Shown here piece by piece: positions 23,002 through 32,000 of a stretch of 32,000 bases of DNA. The notes under the pieces are model-generated. The model had not been told where the DNA came from, ran no database searches, and was given only the letters and a program-made list of their open reading frames with translations. Numbering within the stretch: position 1 is the first letter of the stretch; each line of letters begins with the position of its first letter. The position numbers were made by a program, and so were the translations under genes. Source of the stretch: Nostoc punctiforme PCC 73102 (GTDB lineage: Bacteria; Cyanobacteriota; Cyanobacteriia; Cyanobacteriales; Nostocaceae); the NCBI RefSeq assembly GCF_000020025.1, contig NC_010628.1, positions 8,202,323 to 8,234,322 on the forward strand. Direction: 5' to 3'.

Positions 23002-24900
23002 TTAAAAGTCGCTTTTAGGAGTTTCTTTGCTATTGGGATTCTCTTGAGTGGCAGGTTGGTTAGTATCGGGAAGTTTTTGTTGGGTACTTTTCGGATTACC
23101 TTGATTTTTTAGTTGAGTTAGTGCCTGTTTTGCCAGATTTTCGGCTGCTTGTTTAAACAATGGTTCTATTTTGTTTCGCCAGTATTTAGTATTAGGCAAT
23201 TTTTCTGGATGGTTTCTATAATCTAAAACTTTATCCCATTTCCCATCATCTATTGCTTTGTTGATCTCATTAGATAACGCCTCTGCCTTAGCCCAATCAT
23301 CTTGCCACTGAGCAATCATTTTGCCCGTTTCTTGGATACCAGAAGCAGCATTTGCCGGAACCGATTTTAAAAGTGCGATCGCTCCAACTATATCCCCTGA
23401 ATCATACTTCTGTTTTGCTTGTTCTATAATATTGGCACTGTTATCAACAGGCTGCGATCGTTCTGATTTGCCTACATCATCAGTTGACTCTTTCAGCTTT
23501 TCTGGTAAGGGAGTTGCTACATCCTTAGATTTTACTTTTGGCTTGGGAGTTGGTCGAGTAGCAATCAAGCTACTATCATTTACTATCTGAGTTGCAATAC
23601 CTTTTTCGCGCAGGCAAGAAGCCCATTCTTGATTATTGATGATCACGGCCGGGTGTGCCCAAGCTAAACGACCAGATTTAAGTTTAACTTCTATCCAACC
23701 TCGTTTTGTCCGCTTGCCTGTTACCTCGAAACTGGTGTTATCGGCAACTGTTTGCAAAATATTATCAGAATTTATCGAACTAGGTTCAGAACGGATATTA
23801 GAATTTCCGACGACAAGAGCCGAGCATTTGTTTACTAAAGTAGTATCCTTACCTGTAAAATTTAAAGCTAAATTTTTCACAGTTGGATATAAATTTCCGA
23901 CTAAGGCAGCCACGCCACCCGCTAATAATATGCCAATTAATATTGGCCATGGATCGGATTTACTAGAGTCTTTACGGACAGGCTTGACAGGATTTGCTGG
24001 TGCAACTGCAACCGTTTGCAGCCGAGATACTTGAGGTCTAGATTTGGTGGATTCTTGAGGTTGAGAAAGTGTAGGTACTGGATTAATCGCATCTTTACAT
24101 GCTTGCAGCGCTTCCGTGGCGTTTTGGTAGCGGTCTTTGAAGTGATAACGCACCATCTTCGTCAACACTGCTGCCAGTCGGTAGTTTACGGTTACTGATT
24201 GCTGCCAAATGATTTCGCCCGTTTCCGGGTCTTCTTGCAATGCTGTTGGCAATAATCCTGTTAGTGCTTGAATGGCAATGATGCCGAGGGAATAAATATC
24301 ACTGTTGGGGCGGGGTTTGCCTTGCCCTTGTTCTGTGGGCATATAGCCAGGAGTGCCAATAACGACTGTGGCAGATGCTTGTCCCCCGACTGTCACCATC
24401 TGTGTACGCAGTTGCTTCACTGCCCCAAAGTCCACTAAAACTAACTTATTATCTGAGGCGCGACGAATGATATTATCCGGTTTGATGTCTCGATGAATAA
24501 CGCCTTGGCTGTGGACAAATTCGAGAATTTCCAGAACTTCTTGTAATAGTTGAATTACTTGACTTTCACTCCAGCGTTTACCAGGTGTAAGTTCTTCAGC
24601 TAGGGTATGTCCTTCAATATATTCTTGTACTAAATAAAATTCTTGGTTTTCATCAAAGTATGCTAGCAGCCTAGGTATTTGGTCATGGTTGCCCAGTTTT
24701 TCTAAGGTTTCGGCTTCGCTGTTGAACAGGCGTTTAGCAGTATCAAAAACTCTGGGGTCAGTTCCGGGTTTGAGGTGCTTGACAACGCAAATGGGGTTGC
24801 CGGGCCGCCTAGTATCTTGGGCAATATAGGTTTGACCAAATCCTCCCATTGCGAGGACTCGAATTACTTGGTAACGATGGTCTAGTAGCTTGCCGATCAT
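23002..24900 (-). CDS. Hanks-type serine/threonine protein kinase with a TM helix and extracytoplasmic SH3b-like and helical domains
   Basis: 632 aa. The kinase motifs are GGFGQTY, VVKHL, HRDIKPDNII, DFG and GTPGYMPTEQ. The TM segment is PWPILIGILLAGGVAALVG. An SH3b-like segment follows (NIRSEPS...GWIEVKLKSGRLAWAH). Confidence 0.9.
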   Translation of the reverse strand: MIGKLLDHRYQVIRVLAMGGFGQTYIAQDTRRPGNPICVVKHLKPGTDPRVFDTAKRLFNSEAETLEKLGNHDQIPRLLAYFDENQEFYLVQEYIEGHTLAEELTPGKRWSESQVIQLLQEVLEILEFVHSQGVIHRDIKPDNIIRRASDNKLVLVDFGAVKQLRTQMVTVGGQASATVVIGTPGYMPTEQGQGKPRPNSDIYSLGIIAIQALTGLLPTALQEDPETGEIIWQQSVTVNYRLAAVLTKMVRYHFKDRYQNATEALQACKDAINPVPTLSQPQESTKSRPQVSRLQTVAVAPANPVKPVRKDSSKSDPWPILIGILLAGGVAALVGNLYPTVKNLALNFTGKDTTLVNKCSALVVGNSNIRSEPSSINSDNILQTVADNTSFEVTGKRTKRGWIEVKLKSGRLAWAHPAVIINNQEWASCLREKGIATQIVNDSSLIATRPTPKPKVKSKDVATPLPEKLKESTDDVGKSERSQPVDNSANIIEQAKQKYDSGDIVGAIALLKSVPANAASGIQETGKMIAQWQDDWAKAEALSNEINKAIDDGKWDKVLDYRNHPEKLPNTKYWRNKIEPLFKQAAENLAKQALTQLKNQGNPKSTQQKLPDTNQPATQENPNSKETPKSDF

Positions 24901-25063
24901 ATTCCCTCCCCAGAGTTATTACCTAATTGTCCAGCTGGTAATAAATATCTCCAAATTTTCTTCAATGAAATCCGCTATCTTGAGAAAAGATTTAGATTAA
25001 AAACGCAGCTTTTTTATAAACGCAGACTGTTTATTTTTCTTTTAGTGCCCCTGTTTATTACCA

Positions 25064-25552
25064 ATGCCACCGAAAATAACAAATCCAGTTGCATGGCAGC
25101 AGGCTGAAATCCTCATGCAACCTGCTTTCATTCGCGTTATCGATAATATCCGTAAGTCCCTTGATGAATCTTCTTGGACGGGAACTTACCATGATGTCCT
25201 GATTTGGCCGCCTAGCACCACTGATGAAATCAAAGCATTGGTGACTGAGTTGTTGCAAGCAATGGAAACTGCAACGCCCCAAGAAGCGGATGAAATTAGA
25301 GAGACTCTTACTCGTTTGCCGATGCCCCATCCAGGATATCATCTACGTTTGCAGCGTCAACAGCAAGAAGCGAGTATCGATTTGTGGGAATTGTGTTATG
25401 AGGTGTGTTTTATTGAATACAGCCCACAGAAGGAAGCTGCTGAGATTGATACTAGTTTAATTGATGAACTGGGTGAAGTAGATTGGCTGCGTTTGGATGC
25501 TAAAGCAAAGGAGTTAGTTGAACAGGCGTTTGCTAAATTGCCAGAAGGATAA
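25064..25552 (+). CDS. hypothetical protein, acidic (likely conserved in cyanobacteria)
   Basis: A 162 aa ORF with clean coding-like composition. The antisense ORFs inside it are low-complexity. I recognise no motif. Confidence 0.6.
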   Translation: MPPKITNPVAWQQAEILMQPAFIRVIDNIRKSLDESSWTGTYHDVLIWPPSTTDEIKALVTELLQAMETATPQEADEIRETLTRLPMPHPGYHLRLQRQQQEASIDLWELCYEVCFIEYSPQKEAAEIDTSLIDELGEVDWLRLDAKAKELVEQAFAKLPEG

Positions 25553-25566
25553 TAAATATTAGTAAA

Positions 25567-25585
25567 GGCACGGTAGAACCGTGCC
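25567..25585. terminator. GC-rich hairpin between convergent genes; possible bidirectional terminator
   Basis: GGCACGG-TAGAA-CCGTGCC forms a 7 bp stem. It is followed by TTTAC on the minus strand, and there is no clear T-run on the plus strand. Confidence 0.35.
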
Positions 25586-25634
25586 CTAATTCGCAAAAAG
25601 TATTATTTTGAAAGGTTTTTGCTTTACATTAAAT

Positions 25635-26285
25635 TTAATACTGGCGTAAAATTGCAGACAATGAACTATTTTTACGAAGATCCATTAAGTCTGCCAAAGA
25701 ATCTGTGCGCGTATCCAAGTGGTGCTTGTGTTCTGCTGGCAGAACCGTCACCAGATGTTTTGCTTTAGGTTGCATCTGCATCAGCGGCATCAGTTGTGGC
25801 TGTGGCACAAAAATTGGTTGGTTCTTGGGAAGGCGTGGTTCCAATCTTTGGTACTGGCTTTGTGCCAAGCGTGCCTGATGGCGGTTAACCTGTTTTTGGA
25901 CTTTTTGCGGTTGCGTTTTCCGGTTGAGCATTTTGAAAACGAGCAAAGAACCACCACCACAACTGAGGACGATCGCAGCTACCATCCATAAAGGTGTAGG
26001 GTTACTATTCTCAGAGGGCACACTGATCGGTTCTTCAACAATAACTGGGATTGTTTCTGGTTCTTCTTGTGCTACCTGTCCAGCATTACCTAAGCTATAC
26101 AGGGCAAAGGCACCACCTCCTAAAAACATGGCTAAACACCCAGTTAACAATAGCCAAGGATGGTGTGTTACCAGATATATCAGAACATTCGAGCTTTGTT
26201 TTAATCTCGATTTCCTGTTTGTCAGCTCTGGAGTAGCCCTTCTGAGTCGGGTTGGCTCGCGCTGTACACTCTGACTTTTTTCCAT
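25635..26285 (-). CDS. hypothetical membrane protein
   Basis: 216 aa with a basic N-terminus and two hydrophobic segments (HPWLLLTGCLAMFLGGGAFALY, LWMVAAIVLSCGGGSLLVF). The C-terminus is Q/P-rich. Confidence 0.6.
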   Translation of the reverse strand: MEKSQSVQREPTRLRRATPELTNRKSRLKQSSNVLIYLVTHHPWLLLTGCLAMFLGGGAFALYSLGNAGQVAQEEPETIPVIVEEPISVPSENSNPTPLWMVAAIVLSCGGGSLLVFKMLNRKTQPQKVQKQVNRHQARLAQSQYQRLEPRLPKNQPIFVPQPQLMPLMQMQPKAKHLVTVLPAEHKHHLDTRTDSLADLMDLRKNSSLSAILRQY

Positions 26286-26486
26286 GATTACTTTCAGATT
26301 TGTACCCCTCTAGTCAATAAATTGTACTGGAGGAGTCAAGCATCAGGTATCCGTAACAAAATTTCAGATTCCAGTAGCTTTTTTGTAAAACAGAAGCTAC
26401 TAAATCCGACTAAGTTTTGTCAAAATTGTGTATTTCTTATGACTTCTCGCCGTAATGCTCTGAAATCAGTTTGCTTATTTTTTCTG

Positions 26487-27587
26487 TCAGCTAGGAGAAT
26501 ACCTTTCAAGAGCAAGTTGAATTAACCGATCAACTAATTCTGGAAAGGAGACTCCACTATGGGCCCAGAGTTGGGGATACATACTCGTCGCCGTAAAGCC
26601 TGGCAACGTATTGATTTCGTTAATCAAAACCTCTTGTGTCGCTTCCACATAGAAGAAATCGACCCTTGCCAATCCCGCAGCATCAACAGCTGCAAAGGCT
26701 TGCAAAGCCATGTCCTGAATTTGACGAGCGATCGCATCTGGAATCGGTGCTGGAATCAGTAAATCTGCCCGATCCTCTGTATATTTAGTTTCATAATCAT
26801 AAAAATCACTATCATAACTAATCTCTCCAACGACAGAGGCTTGGGGTTGATCGTTGCCTAAAACAGCACACTCAACTTCCCTGGCGACGACACCAGCTTC
26901 TACAACCAGTCTTCGGTCATAACTGGCGGCATTATCTAAGGCGGCTTCTAATTCTTGGCGCGATCGCACTTTGGCAATACCCACCGATGAACCCAAATTA
27001 GCAGGTTTAACAAAAGCGGGATAACCTAATGCTGCCTCAATCTCATCACACAGTTTTGGAAAAACGCAAGGATTAGACCAAACTTGCGCTCTAGTTATCG
27101 CCTTATATTTTACCTGCGCTAGTCCCGCTTGCTCAAAGGTCATTTTCATCGCAATTTTATCCATCCCCATCGCCGAACCTAACACCCCAGAACCAACAAA
27201 GGGGACTTGCATCAAAGTTAGTAACCCTTGAATTGTCCCGTCCTCACCGTTGGGGCCGTGGAGAACGGGAAACCAAATATCCACTTGGGCAACTTGAGAG
27301 GGAGATTCCCATTTACTCAGGGTTTGGACTTGAGGGTTGGATGTCAGATTTCCCTCAGAAGTTGATTGTTCAGCTTCCAAAAGCGGACTGCCTGTTTCTA
27401 AAACCTTTTGAGGTGCTTCTCCCGCTAACCAGCGTCCATCTTTTTGGATGTAAAAAGGAAGTATTTCGTACTTACTGGCATTTTCGTCTACACTCAGGGC
27501 TTTAGCGATCGCCCGTGCTGATTTGATTGAAACTTCATGTTCTCCCGAACGACCGCCAAACAGTAACCCCACGCGCAGCTTAGTCAT
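26487..27587 (-). CDS. ddl: D-alanine--D-alanine ligase
   Basis: The sequence has [21 protein letters not shown], the ATP-grasp motifs ([26 protein letters not shown]) and a characteristic C-terminus. The track ORF starts at a TTG at 27611. The ATG at 27587, preceded by GAGGAA, is the more likely start. Confidence 0.93.
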   Translation of the reverse strand: MTKLRVGLLFGGRSGEHEVSIKSARAIAKALSVDENASKYEILPFYIQKDGRWLAGEAPQKVLETGSPLLEAEQSTSEGNLTSNPQVQTLSKWESPSQVAQVDIWFPVLHGPNGEDGTIQGLLTLMQVPFVGSGVLGSAMGMDKIAMKMTFEQAGLAQVKYKAITRAQVWSNPCVFPKLCDEIEAALGYPAFVKPANLGSSVGIAKVRSRQELEAALDNAASYDRRLVVEAGVVAREVECAVLGNDQPQASVVGEISYDSDFYDYETKYTEDRADLLIPAPIPDAIARQIQDMALQAFAAVDAAGLARVDFFYVEATQEVLINEINTLPGFTATSMYPQLWAHSGVSFPELVDRLIQLALERYSPS

Positions 27588-27710
27588 TTTCGGTTCCTCG
27601 ACACTTCTCAAGCAGATAGCGTATCACAACCTACAAAAATTGCCATATTTTTCTATATTATTTTTTGCCTGTTGAAACCCTACTTAGAAAAACTCTCCTA
27701 TTTTGATGAG

Positions 27711-28211
27711 TTAGTCAGCGATCGCCCATCTGACATAAGGGCGGGAAGCCACTACACTTTTGTAAGTGATTAGGCGAGCGGGTGCATCAATTTTTCGTAA
27801 ATCTACACGGAAATAAGCTTTTTTATTTTTAAATTCTACATTGTAGAAAGTATATTCCTGCCCACGAGTTTGACCTACACAAGAAGCATAATTACTGCGT
27901 AAAGGTGAAACAAATTCCACAAACTGCTTATTATTAGATGAAACTAACTTAGTTTCATCTGCAAACTCTCTAGTATCTGCCACTACCGTATGTTCAGCAC
28001 CGCCTTCATAAGGTAGAACAAACCACCACAGTCCAATTGTTGGAGGACATGTACCACTGCTACGTTGTACATTCAGTGTTACATGAGGTGCAGAAATCGC
28101 CCCTGGCTCTGACTGTTGCTGTGCTTGCGCTGTAGCTGCTATGGTTCCTGCCAAAACTAGGGGGCATAAAATAGTACCGAAAGTTGACAATTGTACCAAA
28201 TTTTTCATCAC
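27711..28211 (-). CDS. hypothetical secreted protein
   Basis: 166 aa. The N-terminal signal peptide ends in AQA|QQ (LVLAGTIAATAQAQ). I recognise no domain. Confidence 0.6.
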   Translation of the reverse strand: MMKNLVQLSTFGTILCPLVLAGTIAATAQAQQQSEPGAISAPHVTLNVQRSSGTCPPTIGLWWFVLPYEGGAEHTVVADTREFADETKLVSSNNKQFVEFVSPLRSNYASCVGQTRGQEYTFYNVEFKNKKAYFRVDLRKIDAPARLITYKSVVASRPYVRWAIAD

Positions 28212-28387
28212 TTGAATTTTTTCAAATTTCAGGTATCCAAATAATATCGACTTTCATAAATTTGTAAAAGTGCCATCTTATTTAAAACAATCGTGTTGTC
28301 AGCTACAGTAATATTCCAGGAAAATGGGCAACAATATTGATCAATAACTAGAAATGCAGCCCTACCTGTAAAAGATGCTGCCGTTTC

Positions 28388-30079
28388 ATGAAACCCAGAA
28401 TTATTGTTTGCGGCTTAGGACGTACCGGATATAAAACCTTTCGTTTGCTGAGACATCAGGGGGCCTTCGTTGTTGGCATTCATCACCAATCTATCCCTGG
28501 CGAAACGGCAGGAGATGTGATTGTTGGCGATTTACAAGCAGCTTCTACCCTAACAGCAGCAGGAATTCAACAGGCACATACTTTAGTCATCGCTGGCTCT
28601 AAAGATGCTCTGAATTTGTCTATTATGATGCAAGCGCGAGTGCTGAATCCCCAGATTCGGATTATCAACCGTTTTTATAATACAAATTTGGGCGAGCGCC
28701 TAGATCAAAGTTTGCCAGACCATTTGAGTATGAGTGTTGTGGGATTAGCAGCACCCGTATTCACCTTTGCAGCGATGGGAAACCGAGCGATCGGACAAAT
28801 CAAATTATTTCAGCAAACTTGGCCCATTCATGAAGAATACATTGATGAAAACCACTTCTGGAAAGGTCTAAAGCTGAGTGAATTGTGGGAAGACCGATCG
28901 CGGATGTTAATTTATTACTTGCCAGTCAAAGGTGAGATGGATTTGGTGTCAGGTGTCATATCTGGACAAGAGATTCAAGTAGGCGATCGCTTAATTATTG
29001 GTACACAACCCCGTATCCGTTCTCCCCGCAGGTCATTGATTAAAAAACTGCTGAAAGTCATGACTAATTTTAAGCAATTTCAACAACACGGGCGATCGGT
29101 ATTGATAGGTGCTGTTGTGCTACTTGCAGTTATTGCGATCGCTACACTCACCTATATGTCGGCTCAGTTGAGTTTATCTCCTGTCGATGCTTTATATTTT
29201 TCTGTAGGCATGATTACGGGAGCGGGTGGTAATGACAAAGTAGTAGAAAATGCTCCTAACAGTATTAAGTTATTTACTGTTGTGATGATGCTGGTTGGAG
29301 CAGTGGTGATTGGTATTTGGTATGCAATGCTCACCGATTTCGTCTTAGGAAGCCGCTTTAAGCAATTTTGGGATGCAGCCCGCATTCCTCAGCGATATCA
29401 CTACATTGTTTGTGGCTTGAGTGGGATTGGGGTGAGAATTGTCCAGCAACTTCACGCCAGCGGACATGAAGTGGTAGTAGTTGAACCCGACTCCAATAAC
29501 AAATATATCAACACTGCTCGCGAACTCGGTATCCCCGTGATTCAGGGCGATGCCAGCTTTCGTACAATACTTAAAGCCAGCAATATAGACTCTGCCGCCG
29601 CCGTACTTGCTGTTACTAGCAATGATGCCACCAATCTGGAAATTGCCCTCAAAGCCAAGGGCTTGACACCCAGCATTCCAGTGATTGTTCATTATGCCGA
29701 TCCCGATTTTGCTGGCATAGCTCAACAGCTATTTGGCTTCGAGGCTGTACTGAGTCCGGCTGAACTAGCAGCCCCAGCTTTTGCTGCTGCTGCACTAGGA
29801 GGACGCATTCTTGGCAATGGCATCACAGCCGATAGCCTTTGGGTAGCTTTTGCAACTGTGATTACACCTTTACACGCCTTTTGTGGCCAGTGGGTGAAAG
29901 ATGTAGCCATGTCTGCTGACTGTGTACCTTTGTACGTAGAAACAAATCACCAAACCCTTCATGGTTGGGATTTATTAGAGACAAGCCTCAGTACTGGTGA
30001 TGTTTTATATATGACTATGCCAGCAACACGGCTATATCAATTGTGGCGAGACGAGCAAGTTTGCGAAACACACGCTTAA
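28388..30079 (+). CDS. ion-channel family protein with RCK(TrkA-N) - 2TM pore - RCK(TrkA-N) architecture
   Basis: 563 aa. There are two Rossmann GxGxxG starts (IIVCGLGRTGYK at the N-terminus and YIVCGLSGIGVRIV at about aa 340). Between them are TM helices and a pore-helix-like segment PVDALYFSVGMITGAGGND. Confidence 0.75.
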   Translation: MKPRIIVCGLGRTGYKTFRLLRHQGAFVVGIHHQSIPGETAGDVIVGDLQAASTLTAAGIQQAHTLVIAGSKDALNLSIMMQARVLNPQIRIINRFYNTNLGERLDQSLPDHLSMSVVGLAAPVFTFAAMGNRAIGQIKLFQQTWPIHEEYIDENHFWKGLKLSELWEDRSRMLIYYLPVKGEMDLVSGVISGQEIQVGDRLIIGTQPRIRSPRRSLIKKLLKVMTNFKQFQQHGRSVLIGAVVLLAVIAIATLTYMSAQLSLSPVDALYFSVGMITGAGGNDKVVENAPNSIKLFTVVMMLVGAVVIGIWYAMLTDFVLGSRFKQFWDAARIPQRYHYIVCGLSGIGVRIVQQLHASGHEVVVVEPDSNNKYINTARELGIPVIQGDASFRTILKASNIDSAAAVLAVTSNDATNLEIALKAKGLTPSIPVIVHYADPDFAGIAQQLFGFEAVLSPAELAAPAFAAAALGGRILGNGITADSLWVAFATVITPLHAFCGQWVKDVAMSADCVPLYVETNHQTLHGWDLLETSLSTGDVLYMTMPATRLYQLWRDEQVCETHA

Positions 30080-30081
30080 AT

Positions 30082-30127
30082 AATTCGTAATTCGTAATTC
30101 GTAATTCGTAATTCGTAATTCGTAATT
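30082..30127. repeat. STRR-type heptamer array (AATTCGT x 6 plus a partial copy)
   Basis: AATTCGT repeats perfectly at 30082, 30089, 30096, 30103, 30110 and 30117, then AATT. The array lies between convergent genes. Confidence 0.95.
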
Positions 30128-30150
30128 AATATACTGCTCCCCACTCCCAT

Positions 30151-30681
30151 TTATTTGTTAACTACTCGTTCTTGATATTCCTGCTCAGTAATCATATCAA
30201 GAGTGCTTTCTAGGCGATCAACAAATACGATACCGTCGAGATGATCGTACTCGTGTTGAAAAATCCGAGCAATAAAATCGGTTAATTCTTGCTTTTGTAA
30301 ATTGCCTTGACAGTCAGTGTATTCCACTTCAATAGATTTATAGCGAGGAACTAACCCTCTAATTCCGGGAACACTTAAACAACCTTCCCAATCTTTGACA
30401 ACTTCAGTTGAGTGAGCAATGATTTTGGGATTAATCATAGCAGTAGGTTCCATTTCCGGCGCGTTGGGATACCTGGCATTAGGACGGGAAGCCACAATAA
30501 ATAAACGATAAGATTGTGCTACTTGAGGCGCAGCAATTCCCACGCCGTTAGCCTTGGCAACAGTGGCAATTAAGTCTTCAATTAATTTCTGGATATGCTT
30601 ATCTTGAATATTTTCAACCCAAACAGCTTTTTGACGCAATGTTGGATTGCCTAATTGAATGATTGGTGCTAATTCAGTCAT
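30151..30681 (-). CDS. def: peptide deformylase
   Basis: The three PDF motifs are GIAAPQV, EGCLSVPG and QHEYDHLDG. The track ORF extends to the ATG at 30723. That extra 14 aa (MPNSPFPIPQNSFI) is a translation of heptamer repeats (CCCAATT CCCCATT CCCTATT CCCCAAA), so I prefer the ATG at 30681 (MTELAPIIQLGNP). Confidence 0.9.
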   Translation of the reverse strand: MTELAPIIQLGNPTLRQKAVWVENIQDKHIQKLIEDLIATVAKANGVGIAAPQVAQSYRLFIVASRPNARYPNAPEMEPTAMINPKIIAHSTEVVKDWEGCLSVPGIRGLVPRYKSIEVEYTDCQGNLQKQELTDFIARIFQHEYDHLDGIVFVDRLESTLDMITEQEYQERVVNK

Positions 30682-30693
30682 GATAAAACTATT

Positions 30694-30758
30694 TTGGGGA
30701 ATAGGGAATGGGGAATTGGGCATTGACTAATGACCAATGACCAATGACTAATGACAAA
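30694..30758. repeat. two adjacent STRR heptamer arrays (AATAGGG/AATGGGG/AATTGGG and TGACTAA/TGACCAA) between the protease and def genes
   Basis: Bases 30694-30720 read AATAGGG AATGGGG AATTGGG. Bases 30724-30758 read TGACTAA TGACCAA TGACCAA TGACTAA TGACAAA. Confidence 0.85.
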
Positions 30759-30760
30759 CT

Positions 30761-31951
30761 TTATCCTTCTCGTCTTGCGGGTAAAGCAGCAGGTTGAACT
30801 GCTATTTGGACAATTTGTCCATTGCGTTCCACCTGTATTGGTAACTTAGTACCGATTTTGCTATTTTCTACCAGCTTTTGTACTTCTTCAATTTTAGTAA
30901 CAGGCTGGCTGTTAATGCTTTTAATCACATCACCGACTCGTAGTCCAGCCACAGCTGCTGGCGATCGCGGCACAATCTCAACCAGCAAAACACCCTCATC
31001 TGCTGTAAGCTTTAAGCGATCGCCTGCACTATCTCTTATTTTTTCTTTAATTTCTGGTGTCAGTGTCACCATCTGAACACCCAAATAAGGATGATCGACT
31101 TTGCCTGTAGCAATTAATTCCTGGGCAATTTTTTGTGCAGTGTTAATGGGGATAGCAAATCCCAAGCCTTGAGCGCCTCGGATAATAGCTGTGTTCATTG
31201 CTATTACCTGTCCACGAGCATTAAGCAATGGCCCACCAGAATTACCAGGGTTAATCGCAGCATCGGTTTGGATGTAATCAACCCGCTTGTCACTAGCACC
31301 GATATCTCTACCAGAACGACCTGTAGCACTAATAATCCCAGAAGTGACGGTGTTATTTAAGCCTAAAGGGTTGCCAATAGCTATTACTGCTTCTCCTGGT
31401 TGTAAAGCATCAGAGTTACCTACAGATAAGGTTGGCAGATTATTAGCATCAATTTTGATCACAGCAACATCCGTTACTGGATCTTCACCCAGTACTTTAC
31501 CGTCAAAAGTCCGCCCATCTTTGAGTATGACAGTCACTCTATCAGCACCATCTACTACATGGGAATTGGTCAAAATTTGACCTGAAGAATTAATAATAAA
31601 TCCAGAGCCACTACCGCGCTCTACCCGTTGTCTAGGTTGTGGTGCTGCGTCTCCAAAAAACCGCCGGAAAAATGGATCGTTAAATTCGTCTGGTACGCGA
31701 GAAGTGATTGTTCGAGAAGAATCAATACGAACTACGGCAGGCCCCACATTTTGTACTACTTTTACCACAAAATTAGGATCTCCAGACGACGAGAAAATCG
31801 GCGGGGGGACAATTCCCTGATTGGGTTCTGTTGTTTCTTGGGGTTGAGTCTCACTTTGTCGAGCCTCAAAGGTCTTAGCTGGTACAAGAGAGCAGCTTCC
31901 CAAGAACACCATTGCTACCCCATATAACAGCATCCACCACCTCTGGGGCAA
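30761..31951 (-). CDS. HtrA/DegP-family (HhoA-like) trypsin-like serine protease with a C-terminal PDZ domain
   Basis: 396 aa with a signal/anchor N-terminus. The catalytic triad context is TNSHVV, D-VAVIKI and GNSGGPL. The PDZ-like part is [24 protein letters not shown]. Confidence 0.9.
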   Translation of the reverse strand: MPQRWWMLLYGVAMVFLGSCSLVPAKTFEARQSETQPQETTEPNQGIVPPPIFSSSGDPNFVVKVVQNVGPAVVRIDSSRTITSRVPDEFNDPFFRRFFGDAAPQPRQRVERGSGSGFIINSSGQILTNSHVVDGADRVTVILKDGRTFDGKVLGEDPVTDVAVIKIDANNLPTLSVGNSDALQPGEAVIAIGNPLGLNNTVTSGIISATGRSGRDIGASDKRVDYIQTDAAINPGNSGGPLLNARGQVIAMNTAIIRGAQGLGFAIPINTAQKIAQELIATGKVDHPYLGVQMVTLTPEIKEKIRDSAGDRLKLTADEGVLLVEIVPRSPAAVAGLRVGDVIKSINSQPVTKIEEVQKLVENSKIGTKLPIQVERNGQIVQIAVQPAALPARREG

Positions 31952-32000
31952 ACCCCTGGTATCAGTTTTTTTGGGTGCTAAGTCATGGTTTGTTGTCTTC

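Noticed and set aside
27588-27611. The TTG-initiated 8 aa extension of Ddl (MRSVEEPK)
   Set aside because: The internal ATG at 27587 is preceded by GAGGAA at suitable spacing and gives the typical [13 protein letters not shown]-terminus. The GAGGAA would lie inside the extension.
30682-30723. The 14 aa N-terminal extension of peptide deformylase (MPNSPFPIPQNSFI)
   Set aside because: The DNA here is a heptamer (STRR-type) array, CCCAATT CCCCATT CCCTATT CCCCAAA. A conserved-looking deformylase N-terminus (MTELAPIIQLGNP) begins at the next ATG, so the extension is probably not translated. This is unproven.

Overview
This window looks like a chromosomal segment of a heterocystous (Nostocales-type) cyanobacterium. 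The evidence is many GCGATCGC (HIP1) sites, heptameric STRR arrays (TGACCAA/TTGGTCA, AATTCGT, CCCCATT-like), an ndhL gene, and a tRNA-Leu(UAA) gene split by the classic cyanobacterial group I intron. Housekeeping genes (mtnP, ndhL, trpA, ddl, def, an HtrA-family protease, a Hanks-type Ser/Thr kinase, an RCK-domain channel) are interrupted by two accessory regions. (1) At 2.2-9.5 kb there is an Rpn-family nuclease gene, three tandem-repeat arrays, and a translationally coupled gene pair. The pair encodes a TIR-NTPase (511 aa) and a paralogous NTPase fused to a TM helix, a coiled coil and 14 almost identical WD40 blades (1229 aa). I read this pair as a split NLR/STAND-like candidate conflict or defence system; it is the most interesting item in the window. 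The WD40 gene also carries an in-frame MITE-like palindromic insertion. (2) At 13.8-19.4 kb there is a compact 5.6 kb Tn7-like transposon with no cargo. It encodes a fused TnsA-TnsB, TnsC and a long TnsD-like TniQ, is bounded by ~51 bp near-perfect inverted repeats, and sits 31 bp downstream of the intron-containing tRNA-Leu(UAA) gene. A divergent second end-like sequence abuts its distal end. Intergenic regions carry several MITE-like elements, dispersed short repeats and STRR arrays. No CRISPR array, cas gene or rRNA was seen. All domain calls come from reading motifs by eye, so none has been checked by an HMM or BLAST search.
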